Positions 1 to 11,679 of a DNA stretch of 64,000 bases are shown in pieces. Location: the NCBI GenBank assembly GCA_029953675.1, contig JAMWBK010000002.1:496001-560000 (forward strand). Reading direction: 5' to 3'. The DNA comes from Rhodosorus marinus CCMP1338. Lineage: Eukaryota; Plantae; Rhodophyta. Under the pieces are notes generated by a model that saw only the letters and a program-made list of their open reading frames with translations, searched no databases and had not been told where the DNA came from. Numbering within the stretch: position 1 is the stretch's first letter; each line of letters starts with the position of its first letter. The position numbers were made by a program, and so were the translations under genes.

Positions 1-1451
1 TCTGGGCTGTTGCGGCCTTCCTCAATAAACATGCGCGGACTCTCAACCTTATGCCTTTCTGAAGCCACGATAGAGTCTGATAATAGCCCCCCTTTCCCCT
101 TATCAAGTTCGGTAGTATCCACTACAATACTTTCATTAATACCAGCAACAGTACCTTCTTGACTACCATCTTCTTCATCCCCGGACTGACTAGTTGATGG
201 TGGAACACCACGCAGAGGACCTCCCGATAGTATTCCTTCGCCGTCCTTATCGGTTTCTTCTGCAGGAGTCACCGTTGAGATATTTTCAGAGACCACCTTC
301 GAGTAAACTTTCTGATCAGATTTCTCTTTGTGGTCGCATCCCGGTTCATCTTTTTTCGCGTCCTCCAGACAACTTTCCGGCAGTTTATTTGCCTTCTCGA
401 AACGGGTGTCCCTTGAAGGTGTCGCGTATTTGGTAGGTTTTGAGCTGCAACGATCGCCAAGTACACAATCAAATAGCTTTTCGTCAGCTAGCCCTGTTTT
501 GATTTGTTTGATGCCATCCAGTTCTCTTACTATCTCCTCATAAAGTCTATCTTCTTCAAGAGCCTCTGCGTCAATAGTCTCGGACGAACCCAGGGCGTCC
601 TCGGTTTGGTTATTGGATTCCATTTCAGCATGAGATCTGGGTTCACGTGCGGCTGGATTCAGAGGGCCTTTGGACTCTGTTGTTCCCTCTTCAAGGGTTG
701 ATACAAGCACGGGAGTCACCTCTTCGATATTCTTGCGCTCAGCTGCCGCATCAACGCTCTGATCGAGTTCCTCTTCAGGCTCGACGTGAGCTTCGGACTG
801 CGTTCGTCGTTCTTCAAACAAGGATTCTTTTACAGGGCTCCAATGATCTTGATATCCGTTCGCACCTGACGCATTTCCTTCATTTTCAAGCCATGCCCCT
901 GAGCTCGCTTTACAAATTGCGTGTTGGCCATCTGCGCCACTCGAATGTGAGACCACAGCCGAATCCTCGCGGAGTCTCTCAACAGCACTTTCATTCGGGA
1001 CGGCCTTCACGATTGCAGCACTAATGTCTTTCTCAATGAGCTTCTGCTCGATATGCTCTCCTTCAGCGACATCCGCTGCCTTCTTGAAGCTAGGTTCGCC
1101 TCTAACAATTGTGGGTTCGAGATCATCATCGCTAAGCGTTTCCCGACCACTACCCTGCAAGCTCGAAATCCTCTCCAGAGGATTCATACGTGCTTTTTTC
1201 TGTAGTTCAGGTGAATCTAGTACCGATTCCAAGTCGTCTACCGACATTTCCGCCTCCGCGTATCTCGCGAAATCAACATCCTCCTCTTCCCGCACGTCCG
1301 AACCAGGCGAGTTGAAGAAACCATTGTGGCTTGGGCCCCGCTCGATCATAGAATACCGTGTGTTCGTGTATTTTTCATCCGACTTACGCTTGGCCAGCTC
1401 GGCCTTTGTACTCAGCTGCTCTAATTGTCCATGACCAGCGACCGTATCCAT
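1..1451 (-). CDS. Acidic, low-complexity (probably disordered) protein of unknown function; 3'-partial, runs off the window edge
   Basis: Stop-free minus-strand frame from ATG at 1451 (MDTVAGHGQLEQLSTKAELAKRKSDEKY...) to position 1, about 480 codons, rich in E/D/S. Missing from the ORF track because there is no stop in the window. Confidence 0.75.
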   Translation of the reverse strand, partial: MDTVAGHGQLEQLSTKAELAKRKSDEKYTNTRYSMIERGPSHNGFFNSPGSDVREEEDVDFARYAEAEMSVDDLESVLDSPELQKKARMNPLERISSLQGSGRETLSDDDLEPTIVRGEPSFKKAADVAEGEHIEQKLIEKDISAAIVKAVPNESAVERLREDSAVVSHSSGADGQHAICKASSGAWLENEGNASGANGYQDHWSPVKESLFEERRTQSEAHVEPEEELDQSVDAAAERKNIEEVTPVLVSTLEEGTTESKGPLNPAAREPRSHAEMESNNQTEDALGSSETIDAEALEEDRLYEEIVRELDGIKQIKTGLADEKLFDCVLGDRCSSKPTKYATPSRDTRFEKANKLPESCLEDAKKDEPGCDHKEKSDQKVYSKVVSENISTVTPAEETDKDGEGILSGGPLRGVPPSTSQSGDEEDGSQEGTVAGINESIVVDTTELDKGKGGLLSDSIVASERHKVESPRMFIEEGRNSP

Positions 1452-2789
1452 TCTTCGAGACCGCGCAAAACCATTCAAAATTTCAGCTCACGCAGAGCAA
1501 GCTTCCTGAAATCACCCTCACGACTCGGCTGAGAGAGAAACTCCGTTCACAAACCTCAGTAGTGGGCGAGTCACGGAACATACATCATCACTGCCCACCT
1601 CCGTCTAGCCCACCAAGAGAACCCTACGATCGAAAGCCTTCATATCCTGATTCTGCCGTTATTAGCCATTTTAAATTTAAAGTTGTCCAAAAGTTTTACC
1701 AAAAACCAATCCAAAATAGTCATCGGAACAATTAAAAAGTTGGGCTGATAAGAAAATTCATTTCTGATTCAATACTTCTGATTGAAATTGAACTGCGGGG
1801 GAGTCGCGAGGGAGTCCTCTGAATCATCACTACATTGAAAGTTCGTAAGGCGGGAAAGTGATCATCCTTATCAACAGGGAGGTGCACATGAGAGTCGCCC
1901 ACCAGTCAGTTCAAGTCATCAGCTGGACGAGTCCAGCCCGCTCCATTGGGACCTTTTTTTTTAGGGTACAACTGCCCTTCTGAACCAGTCTCTGGAATTC
2001 TCCAGACCGAATGAAAATAGTGGAACGCGCTCTTCTCAGAGGTGGCTAAGCTGAAGCTGTTAATGAATAATACGGTAAGAGGTGGGACGGTGGCCAGCTT
2101 TACCAACAGGGACGTGACCATCAAAGTAGCCGGTAGTTGATTCAGAGGAAGTCAACATGAATTAGGACTAGGACTCCAGCAATGTTTGCAGAATCTCAAT
2201 CACCTGCAGCATGTTAAATCCTCAAACGGTAAAAGCAGGATCGTGGACGTTTAGCTGGAGGAGTTTGAGAAGCGCTCCTTTTCTATTTCTGCACCCTCAT
2301 CGTTCGTCTGGTTCTGTTCACCTGTTCGATAAATTGATTCAAAAAAATTCTGAGCTTAGCTGGCAGGTTGCGCGAGTCATGGCCAGCGTCCTAGGTAGGT
2401 CACTTCTCTCCGCGGCCATGGGTTTCCTGCGAGTTTTTCCTGTCAGGTCCAGCATTATTTCTGCGCCCGATTTCTTCTTAGAGTATGCCCAGAATCGATT
2501 TTTTTGATGATCTGTCTTCATACTCTTTGAAGCGTCCTAACGCAGGATTCAAAAGCCGATTGAGAGGTTTTCGCACGGAATAGACTTCGAGCTGCGTCAC
2601 AGGGTGACTTGGTTGCCCTCACGGCAATTTCTGCTCTGTCTCTTCCTAGCACACAGCCGACCACGAACTCTTCGCAGAGGAACATCTTCTTCGCCTCTCG
2701 TCTTGGAACAACAGTTATACATTCCACAGAAATGTTTCAGCTATCGTTTCAAAAGGAGATCAGTGGGGCGGAAATACAGTCTTTTCTGT

Positions 2790-3400
2790 TCTGTTTCCTC
2801 CCAGCCCGCGTTCCACTATCAAGTGTTCAAGACGTCTGTTCTCTTGTTAACATTCCTCCTTGAAAGTGATCCGCGCATGCACCCCGTGTTCATGATGGTT
2901 GATAATCTGGTCGTGAATCGGATGATAAGCAAAGGAATTTTCGTGGTCATGTTTCTTCCGATCTACGTCCATTTGTCAACAGTTTCAAGATCTGTGTCTT
3001 CTCGTTCGCACTCGTCCTCGAAACCCCGTCCACTAGCATCCACAGTCGGGAGACACGTCGATGCTGGATGGAACGTGACTAAAGTGATAAGGGCAGAACG
3101 TTTTCTCGTGCTCTCGTTTCTTCCGATCTACGTCAATTTCTCAACGGTTTCATTATCAGTGTCTTCTTAAGAACAATCGTCCTCGAAAACGACCTCAAGC
3201 CATTTCGCGACGTCGAGCAGCCAGTCGATGCCAAATGCTTGGATGACCATGAGGATGATGACTGATGTGATAAGCGCAGGACTTTTTGTGTTCCTGTTCC
3301 TTCCGATCTACGCCCCTTGCTAAACGCTTTCAAGATCTGTGTCGTCTGATTGCCACTGGTCCTCGAAACCAATCGAAAGCCATTCGTGGTATTGAAAACA
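2790..3400 (-). repeat. Degenerate tandem array of about four 160-180 bp units; possible relic of duplicated exon-intron units
   Basis: Core TTCCGATCTACG...TTCAAGATCTGTGTC...TCCTCGAAA recurs at about 2957, 3121 and 3301, with a weaker copy near 2795. Confidence 0.7.
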
Positions 3401-3597
3401 CTGGCCTTCACTGCATTGCTTTGCGGAAGGCTGGTGGGGGAGTTGATCTTGGAACAGGAGCCTCACACGCTGTTTCACAGTGCTGGTTTTTACTCTGCGG
3501 ATCTGTAATCTGTAATCTTGTTACTCCTTTTCCTTCTCTTACGACCTATCTATTTCTCCTACAAGAAAACGTAAGTTTTTGTTTGAGCAAAGGAGCT

Positions 3598-5448
3598 ATG
3601 TATGGGTTCCTGTGCCTTCCGTTAGCCGGATCAAGGCGCTTTGATGGATACCGAACTAGTTGTCAAAGGCGGAGACATGTTTTAAAGAGCTCTCAAGGTA
3701 AATCCGCCAACTATGATGTTAAGCTTCTCCGAGGGATCGACGAGGTCGACGCTTATGAGTGGGACGCACTCGTTGGAGAGTCTGGCTCGCCGTTCTTAGA
3801 GCATGAGTGGATCCGGTGTATGGAGAAGAGCTCTTGTGCATCGGAGAAGTCAGGTGCATACAAACGGAGCAGAAATGAAAACCCCCGAAACGAGTGGAAC
3901 CCTTACACGTTTTCCGTGTGTTTAGGATGGTACCCGAGACATCTCACAGCAAAGATGGACGGCAAGTTAGTTGCGGCAGTCCCATTGTACATAAAAACCA
4001 ATTCTCTCGGTAAGAATGCTGCGTCGAATCCTTCTACTCCTCTGAGCCTGAACAAATAGGTCTGAAGCCTTTCTACAACAAAACAAAAACCGGATCAAAT
4101 TCGCTGCGTCCGCGTTGCAAGGTGAGTTCGTATTCGATCAGTCTTGGGCTGAAGCTGCGTACGGAAGTGGAATCCAGTATTATCCGAAGCTATTATGTGG
4201 TATTCCGTTCACCCCTGCGACGGGTCGGCGCCTCCTGACGCACCCGGAAGAGGACAGGCAGGAGCTTCTTAACTTCTTAGCGTATCGTCTCCTCAACTTG
4301 ACTTCCGAGTCCAACGGTGTGAGCTCCCTCCACGTCAACTTCTGTGAGGAGGATGAAGTGATTGCCCTCAAGAAGACCGGGTTTCTTCATCGGAAAGGTA
4401 TACAGTACCACTTCGTGAACGAAGATGAGGGAAGAAACCCGCTGTTCAATAGCTTCGATGAGTACCTGGGAAGCATGAAATCCAAGCGGAGAATAAAGGT
4501 GAGGGCCCACATAAACCTTTTCAAGGATCGATGCCATTTTCCCGCAGCAACTGCTTACTTTCCGAGCGCCTGTTTCCTTTTCTTGGATGTCCAAATCTAT
4601 CCAACAGGTTAAGCGTGAACGAAGAAGTATTTATGAAGACGCTGGGCTTACTCTGAAAGCTTTCTTTGGAGATGAGATTGAAGACGAGATGTTTCCGACG
4701 ATGTTCAAGATCTATCAATCAACCATCCAAGCTAAAATCTTCTGGGGAATCCAGCACCTAAACGAAGAGTGAGTGCATCTATTTCCATAGGCTGTGGGAG
4801 TCCCACAGTCTTGCTTCGATAGTTTCGTACTACGCACCAAACCTTGGCTGAAAGTTGGACAGGTTTGTTGAGAGAAACTGACCTGCTCTTGGATGGCTAT
4901 GGCTGCCAGTTTCTTTATGATGCTGAAGGAAAAGTTCAGAAAGAAGCTGTGTTTCATCGTTGCCATGAAAGGCGACGAGGTCGTGGCCGGGACGTTCAAC
5001 GTAGTGAAAGCCGGAAAGTTTTACGGACGATATTGGGGAACTTTTGACTCCTCGGTAGGTTTGTGACCTAGTAGATCCTTTGCTATGTGCCTTTTTGTTG
5101 AACTGCACTCACAATTTATTTCGTTCTCTGCGTGCTTCGCTGATCCGATAGATAAAGAACCTTCACTTTGAGACTTGCTACTACAAGCCGATTGAGGTTT
5201 GCTGCGATCATGGAATGTTGAGAATGGAACCTGGCGCTGGTGGCGACGACTTCAAGTTCGTGCGTGGCTTCAATCCGTCCGTGACAAACTCCATGCATTT
5301 CTGCAAAAACGGTGGGCTTCACATGGCCATTGCGAGATACCTCAACTCGGAGGGTACCTACATCGAGGGAGCTGTAGATGAGATGAACGAGCGTAGTGTT
5401 CTCCGTATGCCCTCAAACGCAGGTGGCCAAGAGCCGCCCGAGTTGTGA
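3598..5448 (+). CDS. FemAB-like / DUF482 GNAT-fold acyltransferase with N-terminal transit-peptide-like extension; 6 exons
   Basis: Spliced product contains SPFLEHEW, AAVPLYIKTNSLGEFVFDQSWAEAA, YYPKLLCGIPFTPATGRR, FYGRYWG, LHFETCYYKPIE and EPGAGGDDFKFVRGF. In-frame GT-AG introns at 3854-3925, 4010-4121, 4499-4607, 4769-4909, 5055-5151. Confidence 0.9.
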
Positions 5449-5864
5449 TTTGTATCCATGGAAACCAAAAACCTGATTTGAACAGATATCAGAGAGTACG
5501 GATCCCAGTGGGACACTGCTGTTGTAGGAAGGAGTCTGTAATGTACTGGAGTATAAAGTAGTTGTCGACAGTGTAGATGCTTTTAATGTACAATGCTCTT
5601 GCCAAACGTTGGCCTAGTAGACAATCATCTCCAGGTGTCCATTGGTTGCTCACGCTACTCAACTTGACAAGCCTGGCTAGCGAGATTGAGGGATTCCTGC
5701 CAGAGCCCACCACAAGATTCGCTTTGCTAGCCAAGAGCACTATGGACATTAGGTGTTTCAATCTCACGGTCTCTTCTCCAACTGACATGTTTGCGAAAAC
5801 TCCAGCGGCAGACTGATGGCTCATGCTTTGTCTGGGAGATTGGGCTTGAAGTTCGGCGTGAAAG

Positions 5865-7522
5865 TCATAAATAGCTCTCCAGTTTCCTGGTGAACACTTC
5901 GTGCGTGGGACATGAAAAAGCATTTCAGGGTTTGCGAACGAAAATTCCTGCAAACTCGTTCAAAACTGATGATGAACAACTCACGCCATTTGAGCCATTA
6001 GTCGATTCTCTATTACTCCCCTTTTCTGTGCAGCGTCGATCAGCTGTTGTATCTGCTTCAGGTGCCGTGAAGAGGCCTGCCAAATATTATCGGAAGGCGC
6101 AAAATGAGATCGCCTCAGCCTCGATTCAAATCGATATGGAGCGTGACCGCCGACGCTTTCGCGTAGATCGAAGAGCCAAAAAAATCCTTGTGGTATCATA
6201 CCGATGATCCGAACCGTTTTTCCACCAGCACCTTTGCTTTCTGAACATCCTTGGCTGCCTGGGTATACTCTCTCAGGAATTTTGAAGCCTTGGTTTCCTC
6301 TCTTTTCTCCTTGTAAGAATTCGCGAAGGACGAGATACCGATCATCTTTCGGAACCGGTCACTGTTTAGGCAGAGAGTTTGTAGCAACGACAGCGACTAA
6401 GAAAAAGCAAGATCAAAAGATCCGCCTGATGAGTACTCATTTCCGGCGAAAACGGATGCGGAGAATTTTCTAAAGCTTGCACTTACAGAGCTTGTCGCCC
6501 AGTACAACGTCACTCCAGCGGGGAGGTTGGAAACGATTGGGAACATCAACGGGGTCATGACTTGCATCCCAATCTGGTCCAAAAAAAAAACAGGTTACAC
6601 ATTTTCTCCTCACTCAGCATGAATTCTTTCTCCCTTCGGTCCATGGAAGTGCAGTGGTCGCTTCTCACCTTGAGACGGTCAACCACTTCAGGAGCTTGAA
6701 GCAGCATAGTAAATTTCGTTCCGAATGAAATGTCCTTACTCCTCTCCGGATCCTTGAGGAGTTTTATGTTCTCCCGCACAACGGTTTCTGGGGCAGGTCG
6801 AAAAGCGAACTCTGGGATCAGCAACAAGCACGCACCACTGATGACAGGTAGTGCCCAAGTAGGATCAGCTACGGCAAGGTCCTGAAACCATGCGATTCCT
6901 CCAGTTTCAAATCCAGCGGGCCTGAAGACGAGGTGCCAAGAAGGGAGAGCAGCGTTAAGCTTTCGAACGAGGAAATTGACTTCAATGAGAACTCTAGAGT
7001 AACGTAGGAGCGCTCGTTGTTCGTCCAGCCGCACTTTTGAAGAGCGAGCCTCCGTACTGAAAGGCTTCCGATGACGAAGAGTGCCAGATGAAAGGGGACG
7101 TGCAATGGCCATTGACTGATTCTTGAGGTCCTGGCCTTTTCAAGCGCATCTCGGCGCAAATTCGTGGCGATCACGCGTGCTCTTTCTGCGTCATTGCGTG
7201 TGACTGTCCTCACCAGCATCGTTGCTGACGCAAGATCGTTCCGAATGGAACCATACCGAGCCCTGTGCCTTGCAAATCTTATTGTCAGAGGGAGTGTTGC
7301 CAGTCTTATCAACGCCGACGTGACCATCAGCGTGGTCCACCAGTCCGCTTCAAAACTAGTCGACAGGAACGAGTGCAATGATTCTAGTCCATGTTGGCCG
7401 GTCACAACTGGGTTCCAAATCAACGATGCAGCTCCCTCACACGAACCAGAAGATGCCGTAGCCATGGAACGCCTGATCAGCACAGGCTCGAGAACGCCTC
7501 TGACCCTCAGAACTCTCAGCAT
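5865..7522 (-). CDS. OXA1/COX18/YidC-family membrane insertase, probably mitochondrial; multi-exon, 3' end uncertain (stop at about 5821, 5865 or 5981 depending on splicing)
   Basis: WWTTLMVTSALIRLATLPL, GGIAWFQDLAVADPTWALPVI and LPAGVTLYWATSS are YidC/Oxa1 hallmarks. Arg-rich N-terminal presequence MLRVLRVRGV. Confidence 0.85.
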
Positions 7523-7929
7523 CGTCCGTAGTCAACGGCAAAGCAGAAACACAACCAGTTACATTTCAACTTTCTTCAAAGATCTCGATCAAGCTTCTTG
7601 TTTGGCTTTCCTAGCCCTCAACAGGCTGCTTGGGTCAACCTCTCCCATTCAGATTCTAAACATAGACGAGATCCAGCAATCATCAATCGCTTCTTATCTT
7701 GACAGCCTGGGCTGTGAGTCCCAACTGGACGCTGAGAAATTACCATGAGCTTCAATGGAGCCGTCTACCTTGTGCCGTTTTTGAAAAAGCTCACTATGAA
7801 CGGGTGCTTTCATCTTTGCGAACTTTGCGGAGCAGGAGCTTAAGCAAGCAAGGCACTGCCTTATACGAGGACCGCGGATTAAGCATCTCAGCAAGTCTCC
7901 GTGACTGGATCATTCAGTTTTTTTCTTGT

Positions 7930-8740
7930 GAGGATGGACTCGATGAGATACATATATAGTAGATTGGAAGTATCTTATCCGCCAGCTTCAGACGGAATCG
8001 AGGATCTCTAGATAATAGAAACACTACCGAATATGCAAAGCTGATTTCGTTCGTCATCTCAAAACTTGCTCCATGCTTGGATCAACTAGCAGCTTCCTGG
8101 GAAGGATGCAGAGTATGAGATACGTCCGTTGAGCAATTGGAAGAGGTCTTATCCGCATGTTGCACTTCCGAATACAATCCGTTGAACTTGGCTCTTCGTC
8201 AGAACCCTGTCTCATCAATCCCTTCGTGAATCGGATCCGATCATTCAACGGTTTGGTCATGAGGATTGATGAGGAAGGACTAGATGAGAGATATGTCCAT
8301 AATGCGATTGGATGAGGTCTTATCTGCATGTTGCACTACCGAATACAATCAGCTGAACTTGGCTCTTCATCAGAACCCTCATCAATCCCTCCGTTTGGCA
8401 TGACGATTGACGAGGAAGGACTAGATGAGAGGTATGTCCACAATGCCATTGGAAGAGGTCTTATCCGCATGTTGCACTACCGAACACAATCAGTTGAACT
8501 TGGCTCTTCATCAGAACCCTGTCTCATCAATCCCTTCGTGCATCGGATCCGATCATTTAACGGTTTGGTCATGAGGATTGATGAGGAAGGACTAGATGAG
8601 AGATATGTCCATAATGCGATTGGAAGAGGTCTTATCCGCATGTTGCACTACCGAATACAATCAGTTGAACTTGGCTCTTCATCAGAATCTCAGCTCATCA
8701 ATTCCTCAGCGCTCGGATCCGATCATTCAGTTGCTGACGT
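7930..8740 (+). repeat. Tandem array of a 171-bp unit (spacings 171, 141, 171) plus a more degenerate upstream copy
   Basis: GAGGTCTTATCCGCATGTTGCAC anchors at about 8143, 8314, 8455 and 8626. Related AGGATGGACTCGATGAGA...TCTTATCCGC at about 7930-7985. Confidence 0.9.
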
Positions 8741-8943
8741 GGGCGGGATTCGCTGAGATTCATCTCCCCTGCATTGTAAGTAGCTTCACTTGGATGTGAA
8801 TCGATCAATGGGGAAGCGAGAGCAGACTATTGCAGTGGGGAGCTTGGTCGATGGAGGGGAGGACAGTTGGTTTTGTGAGTTTACTAGTACTTGGCATTGC
8901 TTAAGTGTAGCGCGTACTGTGTGCTGACGAGTAAAACGATAGG

Positions 8944-10372
8944 ATGGCGTTTGTTGGTGTGTGTTCCTCCGTGTCGGTGCGTAGGAGCAGTGGTGGGAGG
9001 GTAGACAGGCGGAGGAGGTGTGTCTTGAAGGCGGCTAGCCCTGTGAGCGAGGGAAACGCTCAGGCTGTGAGCGAGGGAAATGCTCAGGTTGTGAGCGAGG
9101 AGAATACTCAGGGTGACGTCGAGGAGCTTCCTGTGGAAGTGGCTGCAGAGGGTATTCAGGATGTGACTGTTGAGCTGGTTGGTGACTCTCCGTTTACGAG
9201 GAACCTGAACGTGTCGCCGATGCCAAGGTCGGAGAGGCAGCACTATATCAACGAGGTGACGAATGCGATTGCGGCTCGTGTGGACGATGTATTGAGTGGG
9301 AAAGTTGAGAACAATCTGATCAGTGTAACCATGCTACTTCCTGAGCTGAACACCAGTTTAGATATCTACGACCGAAGATTTCTGCTGTCTCTGGCCTGGG
9401 AAATCGTGATCGAAATGGTGAAAGCGAGAGGGCTGACAGTTAAGGTAATGACGCAATGTCCAACCAAGTTTGGAGGTCTTCCGCTTTCTGTCGCTGGACT
9501 CCGACGACATTTTGAAGGAGATCGAGAGCTCTCCCGCGAATCCTGGGGTGAGGCCATGGATCGCGTGAGAACTGGTGATATTGACGCTGTTGCGGTCGCT
9601 GAGGACGACGACGTGTTCTTGGTGTTAGCTCCTACGAACATAGTGAGCGCTCCTGTTATTGAGGTGGGTTGTTCAGGAATCTTGCAAAGCAGAGCAGACG
9701 CACGTCCCGTGATCCTAACAATACGGCAAATTTCGGCTTGACAATAGGATTGTATTGGCCTCGCAAAAAAAGTGGACGGGAAGCGACCTATCATAACCCT
9801 CAATGCTCGCCTGGACGAAGTCCCGAGTCACTCAGGAGTGATGCAGGTAAGAACACCAAAAAGGAGAAGAACCGATGGAACGAGTCGGAAGTTGAACTGA
9901 TCTGGACTGGTGCCTGCAGGTACAAGGGAGAAAGGAAAGGCTTGACTTTGTGAAGAGTTTCTATGTTGCATCATATTTACGGTGTCTGTATCCAATTGGG
10001 AGGAACTTTCCGTTAGTGGGAGCTCTTCGCAGGCACTACCCTGGGAAATGGGAAGTCTGGTTGCATAAGCAAACTGAGAAAGATGGGGACGAGGACTTTC
10101 GCCTCATTGGGGAGTTTGACGATATGCCAACAAGGTGAGTTTGGCGTTGATAGTATTTGCGGCTTGCAGGAGATGGAATCTAACCGGTACTTTTGATGAA
10201 TTCCTTGTTTTTTTCTTTTTATGCCTGTTATTGCTCTGACAGTGGCCAAATTGGAGATGCGATAAAAGTCGAACGATTTCGGAGCTCTCCTGCTCCGGAA
10301 GGGCTGCCTGCCTCATTTTCGCTGGGTATAATGGCGGCGATGGTGGTCTTGTTCTGGTTGATCAATAGATAA
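8944..10372 (+). CDS. Plastid-targeted DUF1995-domain protein (same domain as the C-terminus of plant adenylate kinase 5) with C-terminal hydrophobic anchor; 4 exons
   Basis: LPELNTSLDIYD, GGLPLSVAGLRRHFE, EDDDVFLVLAPTN, RPIITLNARL and GALRRHYPGKWEV. Transit peptide MAFVGVCSSVSVRRSS. Splicing restores the frame to TAA at 10370-10372. Internal 24-bp repeat x3 (AVSEGNAQ) at 9041-9112. Confidence 0.8.
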
Positions 10373-10419
10373 TTCTTGCGGCCTTGTGCTGGGTTCACGT
10401 GCGCATCCCGTAGTAATAG

Positions 10420-11500
10420 CTTGTTTTCTATTCTTTTTCTCTTAAAACGTTCAGTTGACCAAGCCTGGCCTGACAATTGAATCGATTTTCTTACTTTCGG
10501 CTTCACTCCGCGTGCCAGCGGCCGCTTTCAATAGACCCCGTCCTGACGCGGCTCCTGGATTCGTTTTCGCAGCTTTTGTCCTACCAGGTTAAACGTCAGC
10601 AGCCATTCTTGCTAGTCCAGATTTGGCCCACCTCGTGTGCTGAATTTCCTCTTATTTGAAGAGGCGCGATTTGACCGGTTTGAGAGAGAGGACTGCGGCG
10701 ACATCGAGACGTCCGAGCCCACTGTCACCAAAACCATCCTGACCCGACAATTGAATCGATTTTCTCAAGTTTCCTCTTCCACTCCGTGTGCCGCTGGCCA
10801 CTTCAATAGACCCCGTCCCGGCCCTTGCTCCTGGGACGATTGGCGATTGGTTTCGCATAGTTTTCGTCTTACCAGGTTAAGTGTCAGCAGCCATTCTTGG
10901 TCTTCCAGGTTTGGTCCAGCTGGTGAGCTGAATTTCCAGCTTATTTGAGGAAACGCTTTTTGATAGTTGGAGAGTGAGGACTCGATATCGAGACCTCCGT
11001 GGCCACAGTCACCGAAACCATACTGGCCCGGCTCCCGGATTGGTTTTCCCGTAGCTTTCGTCCTACCAGGTTAAGTGTCAGCAGCCATTCTTGCTTGGTC
11101 CAGACTTGGCCCAGCTGGTGAGCTGAATTTCCATCTTATTTGAGGAGACGCGATTTGATAGTTTGGGGGTGAAGACTCGACATCGAGATATCCGTGGCCA
11201 CCGTCACCAAAACGATCCTGGCCCGACAATTGAATCGATTTTCTCAACTTTCCTCTTCCAATCCCCGTGCCAGTGGCCACTTTCAATATACCCTGTCCTG
11301 CACCCGGCAATTGAATTGCATTTTCACAGCTTTCGCTCTCCCGTGCTAAGTATCAGTGGTCACTTTCAATAGACCCCCGTCCTGGCCGGGCGAATGCATA
11401 GTTTTTCGCACCTTTCACCCTGTTCAGGTTAAGTGTCAGAAGCCATTCTCGCAGCTAAGATTTGGCCAAGCTGGTGAGCTAAGTTTCCAACTTGGTTTGA
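10420..11500. repeat. Composite intergenic tandem array of about four degenerate 190-360 bp units
   Basis: CAGGTTAARYGTCAGMAGCCATTCT at about 10586, 10874, 11067 and 11425. ACAATTGAATCGATTTTCT at about 10473, 10747 and 11226. Confidence 0.85.
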
Positions 11501-11679
11501 GGGAACGCGATTTGATGGTTTTGCGGTTAATAAACATATCTACTGGTTGTGGGTGGTCAATAAGGTAAGTAGGGACAGTGACTTGAAGGGTAGAGGCTGA
11601 GGGAGCGGGGGGGCACTGTGGATCTAGGTAGTTGTTTTTAATTTGGCTTCTATACGGTTAGGAGTTTCTTTGATTAATC

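Noticed and set aside
194-1735. Several plus-strand ORFs of 65-136 aa
   Set aside because: They are antisense shadows of the long minus-strand acidic CDS.
7930-11500. CRISPR-like interpretation of the repeat arrays
   Set aside because: Units are 140-360 bp with homologous, not unique, intervening sequence. The context is intron-rich eukaryotic DNA and no cas genes are present.
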